A stretch of 64,000 bases of DNA from Burkholderiales bacterium (GCA_035700525.1 DASSON010000073.1:2266-66265); one strand, 5' to 3'. Positions 10,601 through 21,833 are shown, numbered from the stretch's first letter. Notes: generated by a model not told the origin, from the sequence alone. Program-made: numbers and translations.

Positions 10601-10725
10601 TCCATTCACGCGGCAGCAAGCGGTCGAGCCTGATGCGGCTCGGCATCACGACTGTTTGAACAACCGCCTTCCGCATTGGAAAACCTTCGCGACGGGCGGC
10701 TCCGGTACTTGAGAGGAGGAACAAC

Positions 10726-11178
10726 ATGACAGCGCACATCAGGAGTCCGAAGGACTTCTGGTCAGGACTGATTTTTGCGGGCCTCGGTGTAGCGTTCGTG
10801 GCGACGGCACGCAACTACCCGCTGGGTAGCGCGCTGCGCATGGGGCCGGCATACTTTCCGACCCTCGTTGGCGGTCTGCTGACGATGCTGGGGCTGGTGC
10901 TGATCGGACGCTCGGCGTTCGTTGCAGGTGAACCGATCGCCCGCATCGGGCTGCGGGCACTGATCCTGGTGCTGGGTGCGCTGGTGCTGTTCGGCTACCT
11001 GCTGGAAATCACCGGGTTGATTCCGGCGATCGCCGCGCTGGTATTCGTGAGCGCGGCCGGCGGACATGAGTTCGAATTCCGGGAAGTGTCGATCCTCACC
11101 GTCGTGCTGGTAGTGATGGCGGTCGGCATCTTCTACTACGGGCTGGGCATGCCGCTGGATCTGGGACCGCGGCTGTGA
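10726..11178 (+). CDS. tctB: tripartite tricarboxylate transporter small membrane subunit TctB
   Basis: 150-aa, four-helix hydrophobic protein overlapping the start of the TctA gene. Confidence 0.8.
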   Translation: MTAHIRSPKDFWSGLIFAGLGVAFVATARNYPLGSALRMGPAYFPTLVGGLLTMLGLVLIGRSAFVAGEPIARIGLRALILVLGALVLFGYLLEITGLIPAIAALVFVSAAGGHEFEFREVSILTVVLVVMAVGIFYYGLGMPLDLGPRL

Positions 11179-12686
11179 GCGATCCGGGACTGTTTCACAA
11201 TCTGATTCTCGGCTTCAGCGTGGCGCTGACGCCGATGAACCTGCTCTACTGTTTCATCGGCTGCCTGCTGGGTACGCTGATCGGTGTGCTGCCGGGCCTC
11301 GGCCCGTTCGCCACCATTGCGATGCTGCTGCCGATCACGTTCAACCTCGGACCGACTTCAGCGCTGATCATGCTCGCCGGCATCTACTACGGCGCCCAGT
11401 ACGGCGGTTCGACCACATCGATACTCGTCAATCTCCCCGGCGAGTCGTCGGCGGTGGTGACCTGTCTGGACGGCTACCAGATGGCGCGCCAGGGGCGCGC
11501 CGGTCCTGCGCTGGCGATTGCGGCGATCGGTTCGTTCTTTGCCGGCACCGTAGGCACGCTGATGATCGTGCTGTTCGCCCCGCCGCTGGCGGCCATTGCA
11601 CTGAAGTTTGGTGCACCCGAGAATTTTTCGCTGATGCTGATGGGCTTGGTGATGGCGGTGGTGCTGGCGCATGGCTCGATCGTCAAGGCCATTTGCATGG
11701 TGTTGCTGGGGATTCTGTTCGGATCGGTCGGCACCGATGTGGACTCGGGGATGGAGCGCTTCACGATGGGGCTGCCCGAGCTCGCCGACGGCATCAGCAT
11801 CGTCGGCGTAGCGCTCGGCATGTTTGGTATTGCCGAGATCATCACCAACCTGGAGTTGAAGGAAAAGCGCGAGATCTTCACCAGCAAGGTCAAGGGCCTG
11901 ATGCCGAGCAGAGAAGATCTCAAGCGTTCGTGGGCACCGATCCTGCGCGGTACGGGCCTCGGCGCGGTATTCGGATTGCTGCCCGGTACGCACTCGATCA
12001 TTGCGTCCTTTACCGCTTATACGGTTGAGAAGAAACTTTCCAAGCACCCGGAGAAATTCGGCACCGGCATGATCGAGGGGGTGGCCGCGCCCGAGTCGGC
12101 AAACAACGCCGCGGCGCAGACCTACTTCATCCCGATGCTGACTTTGGGTATTCCGACCGGGGCGGTAATGGCGCTGATGCTGGGGGCGCTGATGATCCAG
12201 GGCATTACACCGGGACCGCAAGTGATGACCAGCAAGCCGGACCTGTTCTGGGGGCTGATCGTGTCGATGTGGTTCGGCAACCTGATGCTGGTGATTCTCA
12301 ACCTGCCGCTGATCGGCATCTGGATCAAGCTGCTGACCATTCCGTACCGCTTCCTGTTTCCGGCCATCCTGATGTTCTGCTGCATCGGCAGCTATTCGCT
12401 GAACAATGCGCCGATCGACGTCTACATGGCGGGGCTGTTCGGGCTGCTGGGCTATGTGCTGGCAAAGCTCGACTGCGAGCCGGCCCCGCTGCTGCTGGGC
12501 TTCGTACTGGGACCGATGATGGAGGAGAATCTGCGCCGGACACTCGTGATCTCACGTGGCGACCCCAGCGTGCTCATCACGCGTCCGATCAGCGCCGCCT
12601 TCCTGCTGATCGCGGCCGCCGCACTGCTGCTGATCATCGCACCTGCCATGCGCGCGCGGCGCGAGCAGGCTTTCGCGGAAGGCTGA
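11175..12686 (+). CDS. tctA: tripartite tricarboxylate transporter large permease TctA
   Basis: 503 aa, polytopic. GVLPGLGP and NLPGESSAVVT motifs characteristic of TctA. Confidence 0.9.
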   Translation: MSDPGLFHNLILGFSVALTPMNLLYCFIGCLLGTLIGVLPGLGPFATIAMLLPITFNLGPTSALIMLAGIYYGAQYGGSTTSILVNLPGESSAVVTCLDGYQMARQGRAGPALAIAAIGSFFAGTVGTLMIVLFAPPLAAIALKFGAPENFSLMLMGLVMAVVLAHGSIVKAICMVLLGILFGSVGTDVDSGMERFTMGLPELADGISIVGVALGMFGIAEIITNLELKEKREIFTSKVKGLMPSREDLKRSWAPILRGTGLGAVFGLLPGTHSIIASFTAYTVEKKLSKHPEKFGTGMIEGVAAPESANNAAAQTYFIPMLTLGIPTGAVMALMLGALMIQGITPGPQVMTSKPDLFWGLIVSMWFGNLMLVILNLPLIGIWIKLLTIPYRFLFPAILMFCCIGSYSLNNAPIDVYMAGLFGLLGYVLAKLDCEPAPLLLGFVLGPMMEENLRRTLVISRGDPSVLITRPISAAFLLIAAAALLLIIAPAMRARREQAFAEG

Positions 12687-12699
12687 ATACCGTTCTTTG

Positions 12700-13878
12700 C
12701 TACTTGCCGAGCAGCCGCATCCCGCGCTCCAGTCCGTCCAGCGTCAGCGGAAACATGCGGTCGCCCATGATCTGGCGCGTGATGCGAACCGAGTCGTAAT
12801 AGTCCCACGTCGCCTGGTCCTGCGGGTTGATCCAGATCGCGTTCTGATAGATGTCGAGCAGCCGTTCGAGCCACAGCGCACCGGCTTCGTCGTTCATGTG
12901 CTCGACGCTGCCGCCCGGCTGCAGAATTTCCCACGGGCTCATCGTCGCGTCGCCGACCAGGATCAGCTTGTAGTCGTGCGGGTAGGTGTGCAGCACGTCC
13001 CACGTCGCGACACGCTCGGTGCCGCGCCGGCGATTGTCTTTCCATACGCGTTCGTAAACGAAATTATGGAAGTAAAAGTATTCCAAGTGCTTGAACTCGC
13101 TGCGCGCCGCCGAGAAAAGCTGCTCGCAGACTTTCACGTGATCGTCCATCGAGCCGCCGACGTCGAGAAACAGCAGCACCTTCACGCTGTTGTGCCGTTC
13201 CGGCACCATTCGCAGATCGAGCCAGCCGGCGTTTCGCGCGGTGGAGCGGATGGTGTCGTCGAGATCGAGTTCCTCCGCACTGCCGTCGCGCGCGAAGCGC
13301 CGCAGGCGTTTCAGCGCAACCTTGATGTTGCGCGTCCCGACTTCGACCGTGTCGTCGAAATTGCGGAATTCACGCCGGTCCCACACTTTCACCGCGCGGC
13401 GATGACGTGATTCGGACTGGCCGATGCGGATGCCTTCGGGGTTGTAGCCGTAGGCACCGAACGGGCTGGTGCCGGCGGTGCCAATCCATTTGCTGCCGCC
13501 CTGATGCCGGCCTTTCTGTTCCTCCAGCCGTTTCTTCAGGGTTTCCATCAGCTTGTCCCAGCCGCCGAGTGATTCGATGAGCGCCTTTTCCTCGTCGCTC
13601 AACAGCTTCTCGGCCTGCTTGCGCAGCCATTCCTCGGGGAGCTGTGCCAGCAATTCGTCCGGCGCCTCGATGATGCCCTTGAAGTACGCCGAAAACACGC
13701 GGTCGAAACGGTCGAAATGCTTTTCATCCTTGACCAGACACGCGCGCGCGAGGTAATAGAAATCATCGAGGCTGCCCGAGACCACGCGCTTCTGCAGCGC
13801 TTCGAGCAACGTCAGGAATTCCCTGACCGATACCGGAACACCACCCTGCTTCAGCTTCAGGAAGAATTCGATCAGCAT
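12700..13878 (-). CDS. VWA-domain protein (CoxE-like partner of the MoxR ATPase)
   Basis: N-terminus MLIEFFLKLKQGGVPVSVREFLTLLEAL and C-terminal VWA region (LLFLDVGGSMD), typical of the COG3552-type family. Confidence 0.8.
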   Translation of the reverse strand: MLIEFFLKLKQGGVPVSVREFLTLLEALQKRVVSGSLDDFYYLARACLVKDEKHFDRFDRVFSAYFKGIIEAPDELLAQLPEEWLRKQAEKLLSDEEKALIESLGGWDKLMETLKKRLEEQKGRHQGGSKWIGTAGTSPFGAYGYNPEGIRIGQSESRHRRAVKVWDRREFRNFDDTVEVGTRNIKVALKRLRRFARDGSAEELDLDDTIRSTARNAGWLDLRMVPERHNSVKVLLFLDVGGSMDDHVKVCEQLFSAARSEFKHLEYFYFHNFVYERVWKDNRRRGTERVATWDVLHTYPHDYKLILVGDATMSPWEILQPGGSVEHMNDEAGALWLERLLDIYQNAIWINPQDQATWDYYDSVRITRQIMGDRMFPLTLDGLERGMRLLGK

Positions 13879-13879
13879 T

Positions 13880-14392
13880 TCAGACGCCGGCCGGCACCAC
13901 GCCGGACTTCGTCGTTTTGAGAATCGCCCGCCACGCTTTCAGCTTGACATCGAAGCGGATCGCATTCGCCGGGCTCGATGACGGCAACACGATGGTTTCG
14001 TAGCCGCGTGCCGCGAACCACGGTTCCAGCCGGCCGGAAAACTTGCCGTTGAAGCATACGTGGCGCAGGTGCCGCGCACTCCGCAGCGTGGCGGCAAAAT
14101 CATTGTGCCGCGCATTGCGAATCGCGGTATCGAGACTGCCCTCGCGCTCACAGCCGGCGACGACGTCCCACAATCCGATCTTCCGGCTCAGCAGTGCCCG
14201 CAAACGCTCGTCATATTCCATCTCCTGCAGCGGAAGATTCAGCACCGCACCCATGAGTTTCCAGAACTGGTTGCGCGGATGGCCGTAGTATTGCGCTTTT
14301 GCCAGCGACGCCTCGCCGGGGAAGCTGCCGAGCATCAGAATCTCCACGTCGGCATCGATCACCGGCGGAAAACAGGCCAGCTGTTTCGTCAT
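13880..14392 (-). CDS. DNA-deoxyinosine (hypoxanthine) glycosylase, UDG superfamily
   Basis: ILMLGSFPGEASLAKAQYYGHPRNQFWKLMG motif; 170 aa. Confidence 0.7.
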   Translation of the reverse strand: MTKQLACFPPVIDADVEILMLGSFPGEASLAKAQYYGHPRNQFWKLMGAVLNLPLQEMEYDERLRALLSRKIGLWDVVAGCEREGSLDTAIRNARHNDFAATLRSARHLRHVCFNGKFSGRLEPWFAARGYETIVLPSSSPANAIRFDVKLKAWRAILKTTKSGVVPAGV

Positions 14393-14408
14393 GCGCGGCC
14401 CACCATGA

Positions 14409-15251
14409 TCACCTGCGCCGCGACATGAACGCCAGCCGTTCGAACAGATGCACGTCCTGCTCGTTCTTCAGCAGCGCGCCCGCCAGCGGCGGAATGATCC
14501 TGTGCTCGTCGCGGCTGTGCAGTGTCTCCGGCGCAATGTCTTCCGCCATCAGCAGCTTCAGCCAGTCGAGCAGCTCCGACGTGGACGGCTTTTTCTTGAG
14601 ACCAGGCACCTCGCGGATTTCGAAGAACGATTCCAGCGCTTCCGTCAGCAGCGCGCGTTTCAGGTCGGGATAATGCACCGCGACGATCTTTTCCATCGTT
14701 TCGCGGTCGGGAAAACGGATGTAGTGAAAGAAGCAGCGACGCAGAAACGCGTCCGGCAGATCCTTTTCGTTGTTGCTGGTGATGATCACCAGCGGCCGCT
14801 GGCGCGCCCGCACCAGTTCCCGCGTCTCGTAAACATAGAATTCCATGCGATCGAGCTCGCGCAGCAGGTCATTCGGAAATTCGATGTCGGCCTTGTCCAC
14901 TTCGTCGATCAGCAGTACCGCCGGCGTGTCGGACTCGAACGCCTGCCACAGCATGCCGCGAACGATATAGTTGCGGATGTCCTGCACGCGCGCGTCGCCG
15001 AGCTGCGAATCGCGCAGCCGCGACACCGCATCGTACTCGTAGAGGCCATGCTGCGCCTTGGTGGTGGACTTGATGTGCCATTCGAACAGCGGGCGGCCGA
15101 GCGCCCGCGCCACCTCGACCGCCAGCATCGTCTTGCCGGTGCCCGGCTCGCCCTTGACCAGCAGCGGCCGCTCCAGCGTCAGCGCAGCGTTCACCGCCAT
15201 CATCAGATCGTCGGTGGCCACATAATTGTCAGTTCCGGTAAAGCGTGTCAT
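14409..15251 (-). CDS. MoxR-family AAA+ ATPase
   Basis: Walker A GEPGTGKT, Walker B LLIDEVDKA, sensor ITSNNEKDLPDAFLRRC. Confidence 0.9.
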   Translation of the reverse strand: MTRFTGTDNYVATDDLMMAVNAALTLERPLLVKGEPGTGKTMLAVEVARALGRPLFEWHIKSTTKAQHGLYEYDAVSRLRDSQLGDARVQDIRNYIVRGMLWQAFESDTPAVLLIDEVDKADIEFPNDLLRELDRMEFYVYETRELVRARQRPLVIITSNNEKDLPDAFLRRCFFHYIRFPDRETMEKIVAVHYPDLKRALLTEALESFFEIREVPGLKKKPSTSELLDWLKLLMAEDIAPETLHSRDEHRIIPPLAGALLKNEQDVHLFERLAFMSRRR

Positions 15252-15266
15252 GAAATCTCCAATGCG

Positions 15267-17177
15267 CTACTGCTGTTGCATCGCCAGCATCAGCTGGTTG
15301 AGCCGCTTCACGAAACCGGCCGGATCCTCGAGCTGGCCTCCCTCGGCAAGCAGTGCCTGATCGAACAGAATGCCGCCGAGTTCGTCGAAACGCGCCGTGT
15401 CCGACTCATTTTCCAGCCGCTGGATCAGCGGATGGTGCGGATTGATTTCGAGAATCGGCCTGGAAGTGGGCACCTGCTGCCCGGCCGCCTTCAACAGGCG
15501 TTCGAGATGCGCACCCATGTCATGCTCACCCGCGACCAGGCAGGCCGGCGATTCGGTCAGCCGTGTCGTGACGCGCACTTCCTGCACCCGCTCGCCGAGC
15601 GCTTTCGCAATCTTCTCGGTGAGCGCCTTGTGCTCGCCGCTCTCTTTCTCCTGCTCCTTCTTTTCCGCTTCGTCGGCCAGATCGCCGAGATCGAGCTCGC
15701 CTTTCATCACCGACTGCAGCGGCTTGCCGTCGAACTCCATCAGATGCGATGCCACCCATTCATCGACACGGTCATACATCAGCAGCACCTCGATCCCCTT
15801 TTTCCGGAAAATTTCGAGGTGCGGGCTGTTTTTGGCGGCCGCGAATCCGTCTGCGGTGATGTAATAGATTTTCTTCTGCTCCGGCTTCATGCGCGCGACA
15901 TAATCCGCCAGCCCGACATTCTGCTCGTCGGTGTCGGCGTGCGTCGACGCAAAGCGCAACAGTTTCGCGATGCGTTCGCGGTTTGCATGATCCTCGCCGA
16001 CGCCCTCCTTGAACACGCGGCCGAATTCCGTCCAGAACTTCGCGTAGACGTCCTGCTGGTTCTGCACCAGGTCTTCCAGCATGTCCAGCACCCGCTTGAT
16101 CGAGCCGGCGCGCATCGCGTCGATGTCCTTCGATTCCTGCAGAATCTCGCGTGACACGTTGAGCGGCAGGTCGCCGGAATCGATCACGCCGCGCACGAAG
16201 CGCAGGTAGGTCGGCAGCAACTGCTCGGCATCGCCCATGATGAACACGCGCCGCACATAGAGCTTGACGCCGTGGCGGTGCTCGCGGTCCCACAGATCGA
16301 ACGGCGCGTGTGCCGGCAGATACAGCAGCTGGATGTATTCCCTGGCACCCTCGACGCGCGCGTGCGTCCACGCCAGCGGCGCCTCGCTGTCATGCGCGAG
16401 CTGCTTGTAGAATTCGCGGTACTGATCGTCGCTGATGTCGGACTTGGGCCGCGCCCACAGCGCACTGGCCTGATTGACGGTCTCGTCTTCGTCGGTGACG
16501 CGGTTTTCGTTCTTGTCCTTGTCCCACTCTTCCTTTTTCATCACGATCGGCAGCGTGATGTGATCGGAATATTTGCGGATGATCGAACGCAGCCGCCAGC
16601 CGTCCAGCAGATCGTCTTCGCCGTCGCGCAGGTGCAGCGTGACTTCGGTACCGCGTTGCGCGCGTTCGACGTTCTCGATCGTGTATTCGCCGCTGCCGTC
16701 CGATTCCCAGCGCACGCCGGCGTCAGCCGGCAGTCCGGCACGGCGCGTCGTCAGCGTCACCTTGTCGGCGGCAATGAACGACGAATAAAAGCCGACACCG
16801 AACTGGCCGATCAGGTGCGCGTCCTTCGACTGGTCGCCGGTCAATTGCTCGAAAAACTCGCGCGTGCCGGAGCGCGCAATGGTGCCGATGTTCGCAATGA
16901 CCTCTTCGCGCGACATGCCGATGCCGTTGTCCGATATGGTGATGGTATGTGCAGCAGCATCAAAACCGACCCGGATCTTGAGATCGGGATCCGATTCGAA
17001 GAGCGCATTATCGGTGAGCGCCTCGAAACGCAGCTTGTCGCAGGCATCCGACGCGTTCGAGATCAGCTCGCGCAAAAATATTTCCTTGTTGCTGTACAAG
17101 GAATGAATCATCAGATTGAGCAGCTGCTTCACCTCGGCCTGGAAGCCGAGTGTTTCCCTGGCCTGCGCTTCAGCCAT
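15267..17177 (-). CDS. htpG: molecular chaperone HtpG (Hsp90)
   Basis: [33 protein letters not shown] and GQFGVGFYS signatures; 636 aa. Confidence 0.97.
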   Translation of the reverse strand: MAEAQARETLGFQAEVKQLLNLMIHSLYSNKEIFLRELISNASDACDKLRFEALTDNALFESDPDLKIRVGFDAAAHTITISDNGIGMSREEVIANIGTIARSGTREFFEQLTGDQSKDAHLIGQFGVGFYSSFIAADKVTLTTRRAGLPADAGVRWESDGSGEYTIENVERAQRGTEVTLHLRDGEDDLLDGWRLRSIIRKYSDHITLPIVMKKEEWDKDKNENRVTDEDETVNQASALWARPKSDISDDQYREFYKQLAHDSEAPLAWTHARVEGAREYIQLLYLPAHAPFDLWDREHRHGVKLYVRRVFIMGDAEQLLPTYLRFVRGVIDSGDLPLNVSREILQESKDIDAMRAGSIKRVLDMLEDLVQNQQDVYAKFWTEFGRVFKEGVGEDHANRERIAKLLRFASTHADTDEQNVGLADYVARMKPEQKKIYYITADGFAAAKNSPHLEIFRKKGIEVLLMYDRVDEWVASHLMEFDGKPLQSVMKGELDLGDLADEAEKKEQEKESGEHKALTEKIAKALGERVQEVRVTTRLTESPACLVAGEHDMGAHLERLLKAAGQQVPTSRPILEINPHHPLIQRLENESDTARFDELGGILFDQALLAEGGQLEDPAGFVKRLNQLMLAMQQQ

Positions 17178-17398
17178 CGATATCTCCCATGCGATAGTTA
17201 ATCCTGGACATTCTCAAAAGACGTTGCGGATCACGGGCCGGACGGCCCGCGAATGCGGTGATTTTAACCTGATCGCCGCGGGATTTCTGCCTTGCGGCAA
17301 CAGATAACACAGGGTGCCGCGGTTTCTGTGACCGGCCGGCCCTCGCCGTTGCCCGGCGGCAACACTTACCGCCACGCAGCTGCTGAAAACGCGAATAC

Positions 17399-18544
17399 TC
17401 AGGAAGTCAGAAAAATTGCCTGTTCCGGGAGGATTGAAAGCGATAGCCGGTCTCCCACGCTCAGGCGCGGCTTGCCGCGAACGTGCTTTACGTCCACCAG
17501 CAATGCGAGCGCTCCGATTCCAACACTGTATCGCGTCGCACTGCCAAGAAATTCGGCCGATCTCACGACGCCGGAGATGGACGCCCCGGACGGTTCACCG
17601 ACGATGTCGATTCCCTGCGGCCGGATGACGAGATTGCCCCTTCCTTCACGGACGCCATCTTCCAAAGGCAGTCGAAAGCCGTCACCGTCCGCAATGAATA
17701 TCAGGCCCGTCGCGGTGCGCTCCGTGCGGCCCGGAATAATGTTCGCCGTTCCCAGGAACCGCGCAACGAACTCGTTGGCCGGATTGTCGTAAACGTCGGC
17801 CGGACTGCCAAGCTGCTGAATGACGCCGCCGGCCATCACGGCGATGCGGTCGCAGATGGTGTTGGCTTCCTCCTGGTCATGGGTGACGAATATCGTGGTG
17901 ATACCGAGACGCCGTTGCAGCTGGAGGATTTCCTGGCGCATTTGAACACGCAGTCCGGCATCCAGATTGGACAGCGGCTCATCGAGCAGCAGCACGCGGG
18001 GCTCGACGGCGATCGTGCGTGCGAGTGCGATGCGCTGCTGCTGGCCGCCGGAAAGCTGCGACGGATAGCGGTTCGCGTACTCCGTCATGCTTACGAGATC
18101 GAGAGCTGCCGTCACGCGCGTCTTGATTTCGGCGCGCGGAACATGCCGCTCTTCAAGGCCGTACGCAACATTCCTCGCCACGCTCAGGTGCGGCCACAGC
18201 GCGTAGTTCTGAAACACCATGCCGACGTCGCGTTGCCATGGCATGCGCCCCGAGATGTCTTCGCCATCGATCAGAATCCGCCCGCGCGGCGCCGGACCGA
18301 AACCGGCAATCGCCCTCAGCAGCGTTGATTTGCCGGAGCCGGACGGCCCCAGGAATGCGAAAAACTCTCCGGGTTCGACCGAAAGATCGATGCCCTTGAG
18401 CACTTCCGTCGCGCCGAAGGACAGCGACAGCTTTTCAATATCGATGCGGACCGGCGAGGTTTGCAGTTTGGCGGCTGCCGATTCCTTCCGGCGTCCGTCC
18501 GTCGACTCGTTTTCCACCAGGACCGGAGATTGGGTGTCTTTCAT
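17399..18544 (-). CDS. ABC transporter ATP-binding protein (FbpC/PotA-like importer ATPase)
   Basis: Walker A GPSGSGKST, signature LSGGQQQRIALAR, Walker B LLLDEPLS, and a C-terminal TOBE-like domain. Start trimmed to the ATG at 18544. Confidence 0.9.
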   Translation of the reverse strand: MKDTQSPVLVENESTDGRRKESAAAKLQTSPVRIDIEKLSLSFGATEVLKGIDLSVEPGEFFAFLGPSGSGKSTLLRAIAGFGPAPRGRILIDGEDISGRMPWQRDVGMVFQNYALWPHLSVARNVAYGLEERHVPRAEIKTRVTAALDLVSMTEYANRYPSQLSGGQQQRIALARTIAVEPRVLLLDEPLSNLDAGLRVQMRQEILQLQRRLGITTIFVTHDQEEANTICDRIAVMAGGVIQQLGSPADVYDNPANEFVARFLGTANIIPGRTERTATGLIFIADGDGFRLPLEDGVREGRGNLVIRPQGIDIVGEPSGASISGVVRSAEFLGSATRYSVGIGALALLVDVKHVRGKPRLSVGDRLSLSILPEQAIFLTS

Positions 18545-18568
18545 GTGAGAGGCTTCCAAAGCATGGGT

Positions 18569-20284
18569 TCATGCCATCTTGCGCCGCGCACCGGCGACCA
18601 GCTGGTGTGACAGGAAGGTCGCCAGACCGACGATGATCACCGCGATAATGCCCAGCGCGGCGCCTGCGCCGCGGCCGGATACGACCTGCATGTAGAGGTA
18701 AATGCCATACGAGATCGGCCCGTCTTCCTGCTTCGACACCAGCATCAGCGTCGCCGACAGTTCAACCGCGGCGGTCGCAAAGCTGGTCACGAACGCCGCC
18801 ACCAGTCCGCCCGACATCAGCGGCGCAACGATCCGCCATATCGTCCTGAGTGACGTTGCACCGATGTTCTGCGAGGCCTCTTCGAGCGACACCGGGACTT
18901 GCTGCAGGCCGGCCACGCACGAACGCAACGCATACGGCAGCCGCCGCACCGCCAATGCGATGACGATGACGCCCCACCACGAGGCCATCGTCTGGTCGGA
19001 AAACGGCATGTTCACGTTGTTGAATGCCCTCAGATAGCCGATGCCGATGACGATGCCGGGGATACCGAGCGCGGCGGTCGCCAGATAATCGAGCCACTTG
19101 CGGCCGATGATGTCGCTGCGCTGCCCGATATAGGCAATCGCAGTTCCGATCAGCACGTCGATCAATGCGGCCAGGCCGGCGTAAAGGATGGTATTGACGA
19201 TAAAGCCGAACGCTGTCGTGAACGCCTGATGATAGTGAGCCAGCGTGTAGCCATTCGGAAGAACCCCGAACGACCAGACGGTTCCAAAAGACAACAGCAG
19301 CAGGGCAACGTGCGGCGCCAGCACAATGACGAGAATGAGCAGTACCACGACATAGCAGGCTGCCGACTCCATCGGGCGCAGGTCGCGCTTGCTGAGGCCG
19401 CCACCGCCTTTCTGTACGGTTGCGTAGTCCTTGCCGCGCATCCCCAGAAACGACACCCACATCGCAAACACCGAAAACGCCACCAGTATGCAGGAGATGA
19501 CATAGCCCATCGGATCGGAAATCCCGATCGAGGTGATCCGAAGATAGGCCTGCGGCGGCAGCATCTTGTTGACGCTCAGCAGCAGAGGCGTGCCAAGATC
19601 GTCGAATACCTTGACGAACACCAGCGACGCGCCGGCGATGAATCCCGGCATCGACAGCGGAAACACGATCTTGCGGAACAGCCGGAAGCCGCTCGAACCC
19701 AGGGTCTGTGCCGCTTCCTCCATCGACCGGTCGATATTGCTCAGGCTCGCCGACAAGTTGATCAGGATGAACGGAAAGTAATGGATGCTGTCGACCAGGA
19801 TGACGCCGTTCAAGCCTTCCATGAACGGGATCGTGAAGCCGAAGTGACTGCGCAGCAGCAGGTTGACGCTGCCATTGGTCCCCAGCAGCAGCCGCAATGC
19901 AACCGCGCCGATGAAGGGCGGCATCAGCAACGGAATGAAGGACAGCGTCTGGATGACGACCGATCCCGAAAAATTGAATCGGCTGGTGAAGTAGGCGAGC
20001 GGCAACGCGAATGCCGAAGCGAGACACACCGACACGCAGGCGACGTAAAGGGAATTGCAGAAGGATTCCCGAAACAGGCTGTTGGAGAAAAAATCGTGGA
20101 AATTGACCAGCGTCAGGCTGCCCGTGTGCGTGTCCTGGAAGGCGACGTAGATCACCTTCAACACCGGAAAAGCCAGGAAGACGATCAGAAACAGCGCGAT
20201 GACAATGTAGACCGCGTACGGCCTCAGAGACGGCAGTTTCAAGCCGTAAGAGGCAACCCGCGAGCTATTCATCCGGACCCGCAC
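18569..20284 (-). CDS. ABC importer permease, duplicated (two-module) FbpB-like
   Basis: 571 aa with two EAA-loop-type permease modules (MEEAAQTLGSSGFRLF and LEEASQNIGATSLRTIW). Confidence 0.9.
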   Translation of the reverse strand: MRVRMNSSRVASYGLKLPSLRPYAVYIVIALFLIVFLAFPVLKVIYVAFQDTHTGSLTLVNFHDFFSNSLFRESFCNSLYVACVSVCLASAFALPLAYFTSRFNFSGSVVIQTLSFIPLLMPPFIGAVALRLLLGTNGSVNLLLRSHFGFTIPFMEGLNGVILVDSIHYFPFILINLSASLSNIDRSMEEAAQTLGSSGFRLFRKIVFPLSMPGFIAGASLVFVKVFDDLGTPLLLSVNKMLPPQAYLRITSIGISDPMGYVISCILVAFSVFAMWVSFLGMRGKDYATVQKGGGGLSKRDLRPMESAACYVVVLLILVIVLAPHVALLLLSFGTVWSFGVLPNGYTLAHYHQAFTTAFGFIVNTILYAGLAALIDVLIGTAIAYIGQRSDIIGRKWLDYLATAALGIPGIVIGIGYLRAFNNVNMPFSDQTMASWWGVIVIALAVRRLPYALRSCVAGLQQVPVSLEEASQNIGATSLRTIWRIVAPLMSGGLVAAFVTSFATAAVELSATLMLVSKQEDGPISYGIYLYMQVVSGRGAGAALGIIAVIIVGLATFLSHQLVAGARRKMA

Positions 20285-20483
20285 CGCTGATGAGCCCTCG
20301 CGAGCACCGCCCGATGCTGTTAATGCATTTCCGGATCATGACGTTGGGATCCAGTACGTCCGGTAAAGTGGGTGCCGCCGCCTGATGAAGGGCACCTCGT
20401 TGCAACGAGGAAAAACGCCCTGCCCGACCGACTCAGGATTCAGCCCGCACCCGATTCGGGCACGAGCCGAACCTTGAAAAAAA

Positions 20484-21833
20484 TCACAGCATCGCTTTGG
20501 CTTTTTTGGCCAGATCTTCCGCCTTGCGGTAGTTTTCGACGACCTTGTTGTCCCAGCCCTTTTCGACTTCGGCCTGGCGTCCCGTGACTTTCACTTTGGC
20601 CGTCTTGCGTTTGACCTTGAAGATTCCATTGAAGCTCGGATCGGCCGCCTGCTTGGCCGACACCGGCACGCCAAACGCGAGCGCCTTGGCCTCGTCGATC
20701 AACTTCTCGGCCTGAGCATTGTGCTTTCCCTTCAGCGCCGCTTCCGCGTCGTCGATTGCCTTCACGGCTGCCTGCAGTTCGGAAAAGCGATAGGTGATCA
20801 TGACATCGTACAAGGAGTTGACGACGTTGTATCGCGATTGCGAGAGCGCCGTGTCGAAATGGGCGCTGGCCTTGATCTGGCCCTCGAACGGGTTCGGAAT
20901 CCCTTCGGGGGCATGCTTGTAGACGTCCTTGTTGATCGGAAGCCGCATCACCTTGGGGTTGAACAGCAGCGCCTGGCCCTCCGGTGAAAGCACGAAATTG
21001 ATGAACGTGTGTGCGGCTGTCGGATGCGGTGCATTGGCGACGACACCGATGGTAGCGGGTTCCAGCGGGGTTTCGCTCAGATAGCTGAATTTGATCGGAA
21101 AGCCCGCGGCCTTGGAGGTAAAACCGAAATAGTCGATGACCAGCCCGATGCCGAATTCGCCGCTATCGACGCCTTCCGGAACACCGAAACTGCGTTCGCT
21201 GATCAGCTTGGCGTTACCGCCTATCTTCTTGATCGTTGCCCAGCCTTTGTCCCAGCCCTGGCTTTGCAGGACCGTTTCGATTTCCATGTGTGTGGTGCCG
21301 GAGCGGGAAGGCGCCGAAATGCCCAAATGCTTGAAGTAGATCGGCTTCGTCAAGTCATCCCACGTCTGCGGCGCCGGCAGCTTGTAGGACTCCAGATAGC
21401 GCGTATTCCACATGAAGCCGTAACCTGACAGCGCGAAGCCAAAAAAATAACCATCCGGATCGTCAATCTGATGGCCGCTGATCTCGGATGCCGTACCTTT
21501 CGTGTCCGGCGCAAACTTCTCGAGCAGCTTGTTTGCCTTCAGAACCTCGAACGCATCGGGCGAAGAAACCCAGAACAGGTCAGTCTTGTTGTTGCCGGCC
21601 GTCTCCTGCAGATACTTCAATCCGGCCGAGGTGCCCTTGTTGATGATGTTTACAGTGATGTCCGGATGCGCTTTCTGGAAGGCCTGTTTGAATACGTTGG
21701 TCTGATCGGCCGCAAACGATGTGACGATCGTGAGTTCCTGACCGGCCGCGATCGCGCCTGTCGCCGCAAACAGCATGCCGCTGATAGCGGCAGCCGCGAA
21801 CACATGCTTCCAGCATCGATGATTCGTTTTCAT
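20484..21833 (-). CDS. ABC importer periplasmic substrate-binding protein (iron/PgtC-like) with a ~100-aa Lys/Ala-rich C-terminal extension
   Basis: Signal peptide, extracellular solute-binding fold pattern, RBS GGAGGGA. The tail runs ...AEAALKGKHNAQAEKLIDEAKALAF...KAEDLAKKAKAML. Confidence 0.8.
   Translation of the reverse strand: MKTNHRCWKHVFAAAAISGMLFAATGAIAAGQELTIVTSFAADQTNVFKQAFQKAHPDITVNIINKGTSAGLKYLQETAGNNKTDLFWVSSPDAFEVLKANKLLEKFAPDTKGTASEISGHQIDDPDGYFFGFALSGYGFMWNTRYLESYKLPAPQTWDDLTKPIYFKHLGISAPSRSGTTHMEIETVLQSQGWDKGWATIKKIGGNAKLISERSFGVPEGVDSGEFGIGLVIDYFGFTSKAAGFPIKFSYLSETPLEPATIGVVANAPHPTAAHTFINFVLSPEGQALLFNPKVMRLPINKDVYKHAPEGIPNPFEGQIKASAHFDTALSQSRYNVVNSLYDVMITYRFSELQAAVKAIDDAEAALKGKHNAQAEKLIDEAKALAFGVPVSAKQAADPSFNGIFKVKRKTAKVKVTGRQAEVEKGWDNKVVENYRKAEDLAKKAKAML

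Noticed and set aside
17178-17300. Searched upstream of htpG for a sigma32 heat-shock promoter (CTTGAAA-N13-15-CCCCATnT).
   Set aside because: Only a weak TTGAGAA ... CTATCGCAT resemblance was found. This is not good enough to annotate without a mapped transcription start.
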